Assembly: GCA_910577505.1 (NCBI GenBank)
Contig: CAJTLN010000002.1
Coordinates: forward strand, 114,740-178,739
Direction of reading: 5' to 3'
Length of the DNA: 64,000 nt
Source of the DNA: an uncultured Bacilli bacterium
GTDB lineage: Bacteria > Bacillota_I > Bacilli_A > RF39 > UBA660
Positions 8,628 to 17,973 of the stretch are shown here, one piece after another; the stretch's first letter is position 1; each line of letters starts with the position of its first letter. Below the pieces are notes generated by a model. It had not been told where the DNA came from and made no database searches. It worked only from the letters and a program-made list of their open reading frames with translations. The position numbers and the translations under genes were made by a program.

Positions 8628-9899
8628 ATGATAAAAAATAAAATGCCTTTTTTAGTAGGATTTATAGTTTTCTTTTTAGTATTTACTATAGCTTTAGCGT
8701 TAGAAAACGTATTAGAAAGCACAAATGTTGTTAGTGAAATTGATTTTGATGTTATGCAAATTTCAAAGAATAATGTTGTCTTTTATAATGATGGATATAT
8801 TAATTATTTGAATTATTTACAAGGTATTAATCATAGTAAAAAAATTCAGTATTTTGATTTGGATGGAGAATTAAAATCTGAAATAGATGTTCCTTTTTTT
8901 TATTATGGTAGCATGTTTGATGACATAAAAAGTGAGATGATTGTTTCTGATAAATATGTATATATTTTTGATAGAGAAGATTATAAACCACACTCATTTT
9001 CTCCAGTAACTAATGAAGATTTAATTATACATAAATATGATGATAGTTTAAATGAAATTTCTAGTATAAAATTATCAGATTTTGGGGTAAAGTACGAATC
9101 TTTATATTATGTTGATGATGATAATGATAATGTTTATATATATATTTCTAATGAAAGTAGTTCAAAAATTTATAATATAGATTCTGAATTTAAAGAAGTA
9201 ATTCCTATAGAAACTAGTGATGAAAATCTAAAAAAATATTTTCCATCTTTAATAATTACCCAAAACCTTCAATTGGATGAAGATGTGAATTTTAGTTTAT
9301 TGGATAAATGTTTATATTTAGAAAATATAAATAATTATGTAATAGGTTCTAAAAAAAGTATTGGTACTTTAGAAGATGAAGATACTAGTATTTCTTATTT
9401 GAAATATGTAGAAAATGACGAAGTCCTTTTTGAAATAGAAAATGAAAATTATATTTCTTTTTCTTATCCTAGAAAATATAATAATTTGATTTTTGTATTT
9501 GGTGGTTACAATGATACAATGATTGGTTATAAAAGCGATATTTTGGTTTATGATTTGTCTGGTAATTTATTGCAAATTGTGGAAAATAATTCTGTTAATA
9601 GGTCTTATGATATTATGGGTGATAAGTTAATTTTATCTAGAAATTATTTTGATGGTGAATTAGAAAGATTGTTAGAATATAATATATTCTCTACACATAA
9701 GGTGTATTTTTACAATGATATATATAAAATAAATGATGATTTTTTGGGAAGCTCAGTTACTGATAATCCTAAAGAAGAAAAGCCCATTTATGATATAAAG
9801 AATCCAGAAACGAAAGATATTGCTATTATATTAATATTATTACTTTCTGTTGTTTCTTTTATATATTTTATTATTACAAATAAAAAGAAGATTTGTTGA
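8628..9899 (+). CDS. secreted Tyr-rich surface protein, paralog A3, with NPETK + hydrophobic helix + NKKKIC C-terminus
   Basis: RBS gaggtg, then MIKNKMPFLVGFIVFFLVFTIALA signal peptide. Conserved core ...YNNLIFVFGGY...DILVYDLSGNLL..VENN... is shared with A1/A2. Ends KNPETKDIAIILILLLSVVSFIYFIITNKKKIC. Confidence 0.6.
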   Translation: MIKNKMPFLVGFIVFFLVFTIALALENVLESTNVVSEIDFDVMQISKNNVVFYNDGYINYLNYLQGINHSKKIQYFDLDGELKSEIDVPFFYYGSMFDDIKSEMIVSDKYVYIFDREDYKPHSFSPVTNEDLIIHKYDDSLNEISSIKLSDFGVKYESLYYVDDDNDNVYIYISNESSSKIYNIDSEFKEVIPIETSDENLKKYFPSLIITQNLQLDEDVNFSLLDKCLYLENINNYVIGSKKSIGTLEDEDTSISYLKYVENDEVLFEIENENYISFSYPRKYNNLIFVFGGYNDTMIGYKSDILVYDLSGNLLQIVENNSVNRSYDIMGDKLILSRNYFDGELERLLEYNIFSTHKVYFYNDIYKINDDFLGSSVTDNPKEEKPIYDIKNPETKDIAIILILLLSVVSFIYFIITNKKKIC

Positions 9900-9906
9900 T
9901 AATTAG

Positions 9907-9929
9907 AAACTTCCTTATGGGAGTTTTTA
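9907..9929 (+). terminator. rho-independent terminator (weak)
   Basis: aaacttcc-ttat-gggagttt hairpin plus a T-run. Confidence 0.45.
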
Positions 9930-9942
9930 TGATGGAGGGTTT

Positions 9943-11247
9943 ATGAGAGAAAAAATTTATTATATGTTGTTAGAAATATACTTAATATTAGTTTTGTTAT
10001 GGTTGTTTATTGGTTCAATATTAAATACTTATGAATATATAGATAGTACTTTAACATCTTTAGGATTATTTGTATTTGCAATACTTGGTATAATTTTATA
10101 TATATTTTATAAATTTATACAAAAGAAATATTCTCTTATGGATTATTTGATAGTAATGATGAGTTTATTAGGATATCTTTCTTATTGTAATGCTTTTGAT
10201 AAAAGAGTAGCTCTTATTGGATTTATAGATGGAAGAGAAGGATTGCTTGCAATTCTTTCTTATTATATGATTTTTCTTTTAAGTACTACTGTAAAAAATG
10301 AAAAAATAAGAAAAGATGTTTTTAAATTATTAACACTGATAGGGATTATATTTGTTTTTTATGGAGTATTGCAAATTTTTGGTATATTTTCTTTTTTAGG
10401 AATACCAATAGTTGGGCAGTGGAAATATGCTTCTAGTCTACTTAATAATTCTAATTTTATGGGGGCGTTTTGTGTTTTGATGAGTGGTTTATGGTTGGGA
10501 AAATATTTTTTTGAGGATATTGAAAAAATAAATTACAAATCATTAATTGTATTATTTATATTCGTATTAGGTTTATTAATTAGTGGAGCAATGAGTGCAT
10601 TTGTTGCTTTGATTGTGATGATGTTAATAATAATATTTATTTATTTTTTTGTATTTAGAAAAAGATTTAATATAAAAAAAGTTTTTTTAAAAGTTTTAAA
10701 TATTTTCTTAATTTTTTTAATAAGTTTCATTTTTGTAAATTGTTGTAATTCAAACGAATTAATAAAGGATGTAAGAATATTAAATAGTGAAGTTTTTAAT
10801 TCTGCTACATCTGGTTTGAAGAAAGAATATGGAACTGGTAGAGTACATATATGGAAAGAATCCTTAAAGTATTTCCCTAAATATATATGGACTGGAGTTG
10901 GGATAGATAATTTTATTTATTTAGGAAAGAATGAATTTGTTACTGATTATATATCTGGAGTAAAGTATTCTAAAGCACATAATGAATATTTACAGATATT
11001 ACTTACTGAAGGTATCTTTATGTTTGTTATATATTTGTTGTTTTTAGGGATAATTTTTATTAAATCATTATTATCTATTTTTAGAAATAAAAAAGTAAAT
11101 TATGTTGTATTATCACTATTTTTAGCTTATTTCGGATATTGTATTCAAGCTTTCTTTAATATAAGTATGATAAAAGTAGCTCCAATATTTTATATGATTA
11201 GTGGAATGCTGGTGTCTTGTGTTGAAGGAGAGAAATTGAAGTATTAA
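9943..11247 (+). CDS. Wzy_C-domain polytopic membrane protein (O-antigen ligase / O-OTase family), paralog W2
   Basis: Clear paralog of 7235..8539. Both share FDK.VAL.GF..GREGLL, SGAMSA.VAL.VM, GTGR.HIWKE.LKY.P.YI.TG.GIDNF.Y.G, AHNEYLQIL.TEGIFMFV, and a C-terminal ISGMLVSC. Confidence 0.7.
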   Translation: MREKIYYMLLEIYLILVLLWLFIGSILNTYEYIDSTLTSLGLFVFAILGIILYIFYKFIQKKYSLMDYLIVMMSLLGYLSYCNAFDKRVALIGFIDGREGLLAILSYYMIFLLSTTVKNEKIRKDVFKLLTLIGIIFVFYGVLQIFGIFSFLGIPIVGQWKYASSLLNNSNFMGAFCVLMSGLWLGKYFFEDIEKINYKSLIVLFIFVLGLLISGAMSAFVALIVMMLIIIFIYFFVFRKRFNIKKVFLKVLNIFLIFLISFIFVNCCNSNELIKDVRILNSEVFNSATSGLKKEYGTGRVHIWKESLKYFPKYIWTGVGIDNFIYLGKNEFVTDYISGVKYSKAHNEYLQILLTEGIFMFVIYLLFLGIIFIKSLLSIFRNKKVNYVVLSLFLAYFGYCIQAFFNISMIKVAPIFYMISGMLVSCVEGEKLKY

Positions 11248-11415
11248 TAATTTAATGCTTCTTTTTTTATGAAAAAAATTTTTTGAAATAAAAGAAGGGA
11301 AAATGAATATAGAGGTAGAATATATAGAGTAGAGGGAGGTTTCTTAATGATATAAAGTTATTATTATAAATAAAGAGAAGAAGTTATTTAGTGGAAAATA
11401 AACAAATATTTTATT

Positions 11416-12300
11416 ATGTCATTTATTTCTTTAATGAGAGATTTTACTTTTAAAACTTTATGGGTGATAGGGAGTGAAGATAGTAAAAAATTTTTGAATA
11501 GAATTGTTTTTGAATTAGTTGGATATGATACTAATGATTTTATTTTAGGAATGAATGAATTAGGAGCTAATAATTATAAAAGTTTAGCAAATAGGTTAGA
11601 CATATTACTTTGCTCTAAAGATAATTTGACTAAAATAAATGTAGAAATTAATAGTGAATATAAAATTATTATGGTAAATAAAAACGATTCTTATATATAT
11701 AAGTTAGCAGATGAATTTTATTCTGGTATGGAAAGTAGTGATAAATATAAGCAAGAAATTAAAGTAGAACAAATAAATATAAATGGGTTTCTTAATAGAG
11801 AAGATAAAAGTGTTACGATAGCTCATTATGTTTCACGTGATTTAGATAATGATTTGGTTAGGAATGGAGTTAAATTCCATGATGTGTATCTACCAAATGT
11901 GAAAGAAATGTGTTATGATGGTTGTGATGAAATATATAAAGATTTAGCTATGTTTATGGCAAAGAGCTATGAAGAGATGACGGAATATGCTAAAGGAAAT
12001 AAAGAGAGGGAAACCGTTATGAAAGATTTGAAAAGACTTGGTAGTGATGAAGAATATGTAGATTTATATGATCATGACGAATTTGATGCTATTTTATTAC
12101 AATCATATAAAGATGATGATAGGGCAGAAGGATTGGCGGAAGGACGTGCAGAAAGTCGAGCTGAAGGACGAGAAGAAGGGCGAACTGAAGGACGAGCCGA
12201 AGGGCATATTGAAGGAAAAAAAGAAAAGGAACTAGAAATTATTGATAAATTAAAAAGTAAAGGCTTAACTGAAGAAGAGATAAAAGATTTATTAAGTTAG
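11416..12300 (+). CDS. Rpn-family (YhgA-like, PD-(D/E)XK) recombination-promoting nuclease / putative transposase
   Basis: N-terminal LMRDFTFKTLW...FLNRIVFELVG (the D..FK.LF motif of the PDDEXK_2/transposase_31 family). C-terminal tandem AEGLAEGRAESRAEGREEGRTEGRAEGHIEG repeats are typical of the Rpn C-terminal domain. No inverted repeats are seen flanking it. Confidence 0.55.
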   Translation: MSFISLMRDFTFKTLWVIGSEDSKKFLNRIVFELVGYDTNDFILGMNELGANNYKSLANRLDILLCSKDNLTKINVEINSEYKIIMVNKNDSYIYKLADEFYSGMESSDKYKQEIKVEQININGFLNREDKSVTIAHYVSRDLDNDLVRNGVKFHDVYLPNVKEMCYDGCDEIYKDLAMFMAKSYEEMTEYAKGNKERETVMKDLKRLGSDEEYVDLYDHDEFDAILLQSYKDDDRAEGLAEGRAESRAEGREEGRTEGRAEGHIEGKKEKELEIIDKLKSKGLTEEEIKDLLS

Positions 12301-12302
12301 AG

Positions 12303-12328
12303 AGCTTTCCTAATAAGGAAAGTTTTTA
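12303..12328 (+). terminator. rho-independent terminator
   Basis: ctttcc-taataa-ggaaag hairpin followed by T5. Confidence 0.6.
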
Positions 12329-12406
12329 TATGTGATAAAGTATAAAAAATTGCAAAAAAAGATAAGTTTTTATATAATAATGAACAAGTTTAAGAGGTGT
12401 TTTGTT

Positions 12407-12958
12407 ATGAAAAATCTGAAGTTTGGCAAAAGTTTTTTAGCTGGTATTGTTGCAGCATCAATAGTTGGTTGCAGTCTGGGTGGATATCACATTTATAAAA
12501 GACATGAAATTAATAGAGTTAAAGGTTATCTGGAAGATTTTTTAACAGAAGATAATTATGTTGATTTGAGCAAGATAAGTACAGAATATGAAATAAGAGA
12601 CTTTAGTGGTGAAGCTTTAAAAAGTGCTTTAGAAGAGATGGATGTTGATTATGTTAGAATAACTGATTCTTATATTTATGATGAGGCTCATGTGGAGACA
12701 TTTACACAAATGAATGCTGTTAATTATAATAAAGAATTGTGGACGGATCAAAATGGTAACATTATGTATGAAATGTATGAGCCTGTTAGAATGTCAGATG
12801 GATATGGTGTTAGATATGAAATCCCAGAAGGATTTACATTAGAAGAAATTGATGTTATAGCAGAACCAATAAGGTATAGTGAACTTGATAGTAAAATCAT
12901 TTCAGTTAATGAAAATAATTATGAAAACTCTTATAGTTTGGAACTTAGAAGAAAATGA
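12407..12958 (+). CDS. hypothetical lipoprotein
   Basis: RBS aagagg. MKNLKFGKSFLAGIVAASIVGCS contains a lipobox (VGC). The tracked ORF start at 12332 is less likely. Confidence 0.5.
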   Translation: MKNLKFGKSFLAGIVAASIVGCSLGGYHIYKRHEINRVKGYLEDFLTEDNYVDLSKISTEYEIRDFSGEALKSALEEMDVDYVRITDSYIYDEAHVETFTQMNAVNYNKELWTDQNGNIMYEMYEPVRMSDGYGVRYEIPEGFTLEEIDVIAEPIRYSELDSKIISVNENNYENSYSLELRRK

Positions 12959-13983
12959 ATTTAGATGAGTTAATTGGGAAATTCTTAGAGAGAACAGGGT
13001 ATCTTAATAACGATAGAATTTCAGCAATTGTTGTATATGGAAGTCGTGTTAGAGGTACTAATAAAACAACAAGTGACTTAGATATTTTAGTAATTACAGA
13101 AAACAGAAGAAATATAAAAGCAGCAATGATTATTGATGGGATAAAGGTAGATTATAATATTTTTTCATCATATGATTTATTTGAGATAGCTTATGAAAAG
13201 AGAATGGCCAATAATGCTTATTTTGAATCTATTTTGAAAAGTGGTAGAGTTATTAAAAATAATGGTATTTTAGAAGAATTTGAAGCTTATTTAGATGAAC
13301 TTAGTGATATGAAAATTCATAAGCGAAAATTATCATCAAAAGTATTAGAAGAAATAAAAAATCTATATGAAAATTTTACCTCTTCTAAATCAAGTTATTG
13401 GTATTTTAATTTATTAGAGAAATTAAGAATGACTTATAATTATTTAAAGAACTGTTCTTATGTTAGTATGGTAAAAGTTTATGAAGTCTTTTCAAATAGT
13501 GAGTTTTATGAAGATGCATATAGTATTAAACTTCCAAGTAGTGATTTTATATCTTTATTTTTAGATGGAGTAAATGTTAAAAATTTCGAGATACAATTAA
13601 AAATAGTTAATAAGATTATGTTTAATTTAGGTATAGATATTTATAAAGAAGTTGATTACATAGAAGACAGTGCTGAGTTTTTTTATGAAAATGATATAAA
13701 AAGTGAATTATTGGTTATTTATAATAAAGTAGAGAAAGTAATAGATTTTTTAAGTAATAATCATCCTTATGCCGATTATGCTTATAATGTTTTATTAAGA
13801 CAGATAGAATTGTTTTATCAAAGAGTTTATAGAAGTATTTCTAAGGAAATAAGTGATGCATTAAAAAGTGCAAATAATATTAGTAACGGAGAAAGAATAA
13901 GAACTTTAAAAGGATTATTTGGTATTGTTGATAAGGATTATCGTTTTGATTATGACAATTATATGTTAAAATTAAATTTGTAA
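12955..13983 (+). CDS. Pol-beta-superfamily nucleotidyltransferase-domain protein (function unassigned)
   Basis: YGSRVRGTNKTTSDLDILV matches the GS-x(9-13)-DhD NTase fold signature. The ATGA overlap with the upstream lipoprotein gene suggests co-translation. A C-terminal ~230-aa helical region has no recognised motif. Confidence 0.55.
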   Translation: MNLDELIGKFLERTGYLNNDRISAIVVYGSRVRGTNKTTSDLDILVITENRRNIKAAMIIDGIKVDYNIFSSYDLFEIAYEKRMANNAYFESILKSGRVIKNNGILEEFEAYLDELSDMKIHKRKLSSKVLEEIKNLYENFTSSKSSYWYFNLLEKLRMTYNYLKNCSYVSMVKVYEVFSNSEFYEDAYSIKLPSSDFISLFLDGVNVKNFEIQLKIVNKIMFNLGIDIYKEVDYIEDSAEFFYENDIKSELLVIYNKVEKVIDFLSNNHPYADYAYNVLLRQIELFYQRVYRSISKEISDALKSANNISNGERIRTLKGLFGIVDKDYRFDYDNYMLKLNL

Positions 13984-13992
13984 GGTGATGTT

Positions 13993-14628
13993 ATGAATAT
14001 ACAACTTGGATGTTATGAAATACCATTGGAAATAATACATAAGAATAACAAAAATATTTATTTTAGATTTAAAGAGGATGGTATTTTATATGTTACATGT
14101 AATAGGTTTGTTTCAGAAAAAGAAGTTAGAAGATTAATAGCTTTTAATGAAAAATCATTACTTAAGATGTATGAAAATTTTCTTAAACAGAATGAAAATA
14201 ATAGTCATTTTTATTACTTGGGAGATTCTTATACTGTAGTAGTTGATGAAACAGTTAAAAAGGTAAATATTGTGGAAGACATGATATATACAAAAGATGA
14301 TAAAATGCTTGATAAGTGGTGTAAAAATGAAGCTTTAAGAATATTTGGAGAAAGATTAAAAGCTCAAGTATTTAATTTTAGTGATATTCCTCCCTTTACT
14401 TGGAAAATTAGAAAGATGAGTACTCGTTGGGGAGTTAATAATGTTACTAAGAGAATTATTACTTTAAATAGTGAATTGTTAAAAAAGGATGTAACTTTAA
14501 TTGATTATGTTATAGTTCATGAGCTATGTCATTTTTATGAAGCGAATCATAGTAGTAGATTTTGGGCACAAGTAGAAAAGCGATATCCTTATTATAAATT
14601 AGCAAGAAAAAGATTGAGGGTGGAGTAG
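13993..14628 (+). CDS. YgjP-like / DUF45 (M48-like, HExxH) metal-dependent hydrolase
   Basis: WKIRKMSTRWG...YVIVHELCHFYEANHSSRFW is the characteristic YgjP/SprT-like HEXXH block. RBS aaggtga. Confidence 0.65.
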   Translation: MNIQLGCYEIPLEIIHKNNKNIYFRFKEDGILYVTCNRFVSEKEVRRLIAFNEKSLLKMYENFLKQNENNSHFYYLGDSYTVVVDETVKKVNIVEDMIYTKDDKMLDKWCKNEALRIFGERLKAQVFNFSDIPPFTWKIRKMSTRWGVNNVTKRIITLNSELLKKDVTLIDYVIVHELCHFYEANHSSRFWAQVEKRYPYYKLARKRLRVE

Positions 14629-15354
14629 ATGGAAATTATAACTTCATTAGATAATAAACATATTAAAAATTTAAGTAAGTTATTAATTAAGAAATATAGA
14701 GATCAAGAAGATATGTTCTTAGTTGAAGGGGAACATTTAGTAGAAGAATCTTTTAAATCTGGTAATTTAATTGAGTTAATTAAAACTGAGGATTATGAAA
14801 GGGACTTTGATGTTCCTACAACAATTGTAACTTATGAAGTGTTAAAAAAGTTAAGTAGTAGTGTTACACCTCAGAAAGTTATAGGAGTAGTAAAAAAGTT
14901 AGAAGAGAAAAAATATGGTAATAAAATTTTGATTCTTGATAATTTACAAGATCCAGGTAACTTAGGAACGATAATACGTAGTAGTGTAGCTTTTAATGTT
15001 GATACTATTGTTTTATCAGAAAATTGTGTTGATTTGTATAATGATAAGGTTATTAGATCAAGTGAAGGTATGTTGTTTCATATTAATGTAATAAAGAGAA
15101 ATATAGATGAATTTATAGATGAAATACATGAGGAAGGATATAAAGTACTTGGCACTAAGGTAACTGACGGAGAAAATGTTAAGAAGGTAGAAGTTCCGGA
15201 AAAGGTTGCAATAATTATGGGAAATGAAGGCGCTGGAGTAAGATGTGAGATACTTGATAAATGTGATAAGTATTTATATATTTCAATGAATAAGGTTTGT
15301 GAATCATTAAATGTTGGAGTAGCAACAAGTATTATTTTATACGAATTATTTTAG
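14629..15354 (+). CDS. TrmH/SpoU-family RNA 2'-O-methyltransferase
   Basis: ILDNLQDPGNLGTIIRSS, IVL...DLYN.KVIRSS.G and IIMGNEGAGV are the SPOUT motifs. Confidence 0.8.
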   Translation: MEIITSLDNKHIKNLSKLLIKKYRDQEDMFLVEGEHLVEESFKSGNLIELIKTEDYERDFDVPTTIVTYEVLKKLSSSVTPQKVIGVVKKLEEKKYGNKILILDNLQDPGNLGTIIRSSVAFNVDTIVLSENCVDLYNDKVIRSSEGMLFHINVIKRNIDEFIDEIHEEGYKVLGTKVTDGENVKKVEVPEKVAIIMGNEGAGVRCEILDKCDKYLYISMNKVCESLNVGVATSIILYELF

Positions 15355-15376
15355 ATGAATTTTGGGGGATTTGATT

Positions 15377-15718
15377 ATGGAAAAGATAAAGTTTAGCGAG
15401 GAACATGCACATGGATTTGTTAAGGAAGGATTAATGTTAGTTGGTTTTCCTGAGAATTTACAAATTCAAGGTTTTATTGGGGATAATGATACAGTTTCAT
15501 ATTGGGTCTATTATGAATCTGAAGTTAAAGGAAAAATGCATAAGAGAATTAAACCTTTAACTAAAAGAAATTATATTGATTTAATGAAATTCGCATTACA
15601 AATAAATGGTTATGATGTATCTTTTGTTGATATTAAAGTAAGAGATGAAAGTGTGTCGTATACTGTATCTACTAATATAGCTACCTATGATGGACCTCGT
15701 AAAAGAAAAAGAAGATAA
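15377..15718 (+). CDS. hypothetical protein with basic C-terminal tail (PRKRKRR)
   Basis: ORF with RBS ggggga 7 nt upstream of ATG 15377. No recognisable domain. Confidence 0.4.
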   Translation: MEKIKFSEEHAHGFVKEGLMLVGFPENLQIQGFIGDNDTVSYWVYYESEVKGKMHKRIKPLTKRNYIDLMKFALQINGYDVSFVDIKVRDESVSYTVSTNIATYDGPRKRKRR

Positions 15719-15738
15719 AGTAGGAAAGATGGTTGTTT

Positions 15739-16275
15739 ATGAGAGAAATAGAATTAAAGTTTAAAGTTGATAATTTAGATAGTTTTATAGAAAAGCTAAG
15801 AAGTCTTGGATGTGAAATTAGCGAATATATTAATCAAGCAGATACTATATATGTAGAGAATTTAAAAAATACAGAGAGTGTTGAGGGATCTGTTTGGTTA
15901 AGAGTAAGAAAAGTTAATGATAAAATAGAAATGAATTATAAAAAACAAAGTGCTAAAAAGAGTGAGTCACAAGAAATTGAATTTGGTGTTGATGATTATG
16001 AAAAAGCTAATAGTTTTTTAAAAGCATTAGGATATAATGAATGGGTTAGAGTTAATAAAAAAAGAAGATATTCTAAGTGTTTAAATGCCAATATTTGTAT
16101 TGATGAAGTTGAAAGATTAGGTTCATTTGTTGAAATAGAATATCTAATTGATGAAAATGATAAAACTATAGATTATGAAGAAGAATTACTTAAAATAGCA
16201 GAAAAACTTGGAATAGATACAAGTAATCAAGTAAATAGCCATTATGATACAATGATATCTGAACTTGAGGATTAG
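15739..16275 (+). CDS. CYTH-domain protein (class IV adenylate cyclase / triphosphate tunnel metalloenzyme family)
   Basis: N-terminal REIELKFKV (the ExExK CYTH signature). Size ~180 aa, with later acidic residues WLRVRK...EIEFGVDD...VEIEYL. Confidence 0.6.
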   Translation: MREIELKFKVDNLDSFIEKLRSLGCEISEYINQADTIYVENLKNTESVEGSVWLRVRKVNDKIEMNYKKQSAKKSESQEIEFGVDDYEKANSFLKALGYNEWVRVNKKRRYSKCLNANICIDEVERLGSFVEIEYLIDENDKTIDYEEELLKIAEKLGIDTSNQVNSHYDTMISELED

Positions 16276-16277
16276 TT

Positions 16278-16769
16278 ATGGAATATGTTTATATTGGAAA
16301 AATAGTTAATACTCATGGTATAAAAGGGGAACTTAGAATTCGAAGTGACTTTGATAAGAAGGAATTAGTTTTTAAACAAGGGTTTAATCTTTATATTGGA
16401 GAAGGGTATGTAAAAGAAGAAATTGTTAAATATAGAAGACATAAAGATTTTGATATGGTAACGTTTAAAGGATATAACAATATTAATCAAGTTTTAAATT
16501 ATTTAAAATTAAATGTTTATGTTTTAAGAGAAGATTTAAATTTAGATAATAATGATTATGTATTACAAGATTTGGTAGGATTTGAAGTAGTAGAAAACGG
16601 AGAAAAATTTGGTAAAGTAGCCGAAATCGTGTATAATGGAAGTAGTATTTTGTTATATGTTGAGGCAGAGAAGAATTTCTATATTCCTTATGTTGATAGC
16701 TATATAAAAAAAGTTGATTTATGCAATAAGTTAATAGAAGTTCATGGTGCTAAAGGGTTGATATTATGA
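16278..16769 (+). CDS. rimM: ribosome maturation factor RimM
   Basis: YIGKIVNTHGIKGELRI is the typical RimM N-terminus. It sits directly upstream of trmD. Confidence 0.85.
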   Translation: MEYVYIGKIVNTHGIKGELRIRSDFDKKELVFKQGFNLYIGEGYVKEEIVKYRRHKDFDMVTFKGYNNINQVLNYLKLNVYVLREDLNLDNNDYVLQDLVGFEVVENGEKFGKVAEIVYNGSSILLYVEAEKNFYIPYVDSYIKKVDLCNKLIEVHGAKGLIL

Positions 16770-17434
16770 GAATAGATATACTTACATTATTTCCAGGAAT
16801 GTTTGATGGATTTATTAACGAATCAATTATTAAAAGAGCAATAGCACAAAAAAGTGTTATAATTAATATAGTTGATTTTAGAAAGTATTCTAAGTTAAAT
16901 AATAATCAAGTAGATGATACTCCATATGGTGGTGGAGGTGGAATGGTTTTAAGAATAGAACCATTATATGATGCAATTATGGATATTAAGAAGGATTCAC
17001 CAGATGCTAAAGTAATACTCATGGCACCAGATGGAGTTCCGTATAAGCAGAGTATTGCAACGTCATTAAAAAATGAAAAACACTTGATATTTATTTGTGG
17101 ACATTATGAAGGTTTTGATGAAAGAATAAGAAGTCTTTGTGATATGGAAATAAGTATTGGTGATTATGTTTTAACTGGTGGAGAGTTACCAGCAATGGTA
17201 ATAAGTGATAGCATTATAAGATTAATTCCAGGAGTTATTACACAAACTAGTTTGGATAGTGAATCATTTAATGATAAATTGCTTGATTATCCAACATATA
17301 CAAAACCACAAGAATTTATGGGAATGAAAGTACCAGATGTACTCTTAAGTGGAGACCATGCAAAAGTTAGAGCATGGAGAGAAGAAATGAGAATAAAAAG
17401 AACGCAGACGAGACGACCAGATTTATTAAAATAA
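16766..17434 (+). CDS. trmD: tRNA (guanine37-N1)-methyltransferase
   Basis: MRIDILTLFPGMF...TPYGGGGGMVL...ICGHYEGFDERI...VLTGGELPAMV are canonical TrmD motifs. Overlaps the rimM stop. Confidence 0.92.
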   Translation: MRIDILTLFPGMFDGFINESIIKRAIAQKSVIINIVDFRKYSKLNNNQVDDTPYGGGGGMVLRIEPLYDAIMDIKKDSPDAKVILMAPDGVPYKQSIATSLKNEKHLIFICGHYEGFDERIRSLCDMEISIGDYVLTGGELPAMVISDSIIRLIPGVITQTSLDSESFNDKLLDYPTYTKPQEFMGMKVPDVLLSGDHAKVRAWREEMRIKRTQTRRPDLLK

Positions 17435-17446
17435 GAAGGTGAAAAA

Positions 17447-17899
17447 ATGGCAAGTAGCTACTTAATTAATAAAGGACATCATGATGAAAGTGTAGTTTCT
17501 ATACATGAGTTAGATGGCTATAAATTTAAACCAAAACCAGGTAAAGGAAACTATATTAGAGTTAATGAAGTTACAATAGTTGATAAAGTTATGATAGATA
17601 AAATATTATCTATTAAATTTGATAAAGCTTTTAAACAAGTTGTTGCGATGGCACTTGCTGTTATTAATGACGAAGATGCAGACGATGATTCAGCACAAAT
17701 CGTATTAGATGAGGTCGAATTAGTAAGACAAATTCTTTTGAATAGATATCAAAGATTTATAAGTTATGAAAAAGAACAGTTATTCTTGAAAAAATTGAGA
17801 CTTATAGAAAATGAAATGAGAATGAAACAAGTTCAAATTAAGCAGAAAGCTATGTATTTAGAACAACAAGAAACAATGACTCAAGGAAGAAGTAGATAA
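17447..17899 (+). CDS. hypothetical protein
   Basis: ORF of 150 aa with RBS aaggtga, located between trmD and rplS. Confidence 0.45.
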   Translation: MASSYLINKGHHDESVVSIHELDGYKFKPKPGKGNYIRVNEVTIVDKVMIDKILSIKFDKAFKQVVAMALAVINDEDADDDSAQIVLDEVELVRQILLNRYQRFISYEKEQLFLKKLRLIENEMRMKQVQIKQKAMYLEQQETMTQGRSR

Positions 17900-17944
17900 G
17901 GTATAGAAATATATCTTTTTTTTAGGGAAAGTGGGAGTTAAAGG

Positions 17945-17973
17945 TTGCAAAATGTAACTTAATCTGTTATAAT
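17945..17973 (+). promoter_or_regulatory. sigma-A-type promoter upstream of rplS (TTGCAA-17 nt-TGtTATAAT, extended -10)
   Basis: ttgcaa at 17945-50 and tataat at 17968-73 with 17-nt spacing and a TG at -15/-14. It is followed by an ~85-nt untranslated leader before rplS. Confidence 0.6.

Noticed and set aside
12124-12222. Possible mini-CRISPR or coding tandem repeat
   Set aside because: The 12-nt periodicity lies inside the Rpn-family ORF and encodes the family-typical EG(R)A(E) C-terminal repeats. It is not a spacer-repeat array.
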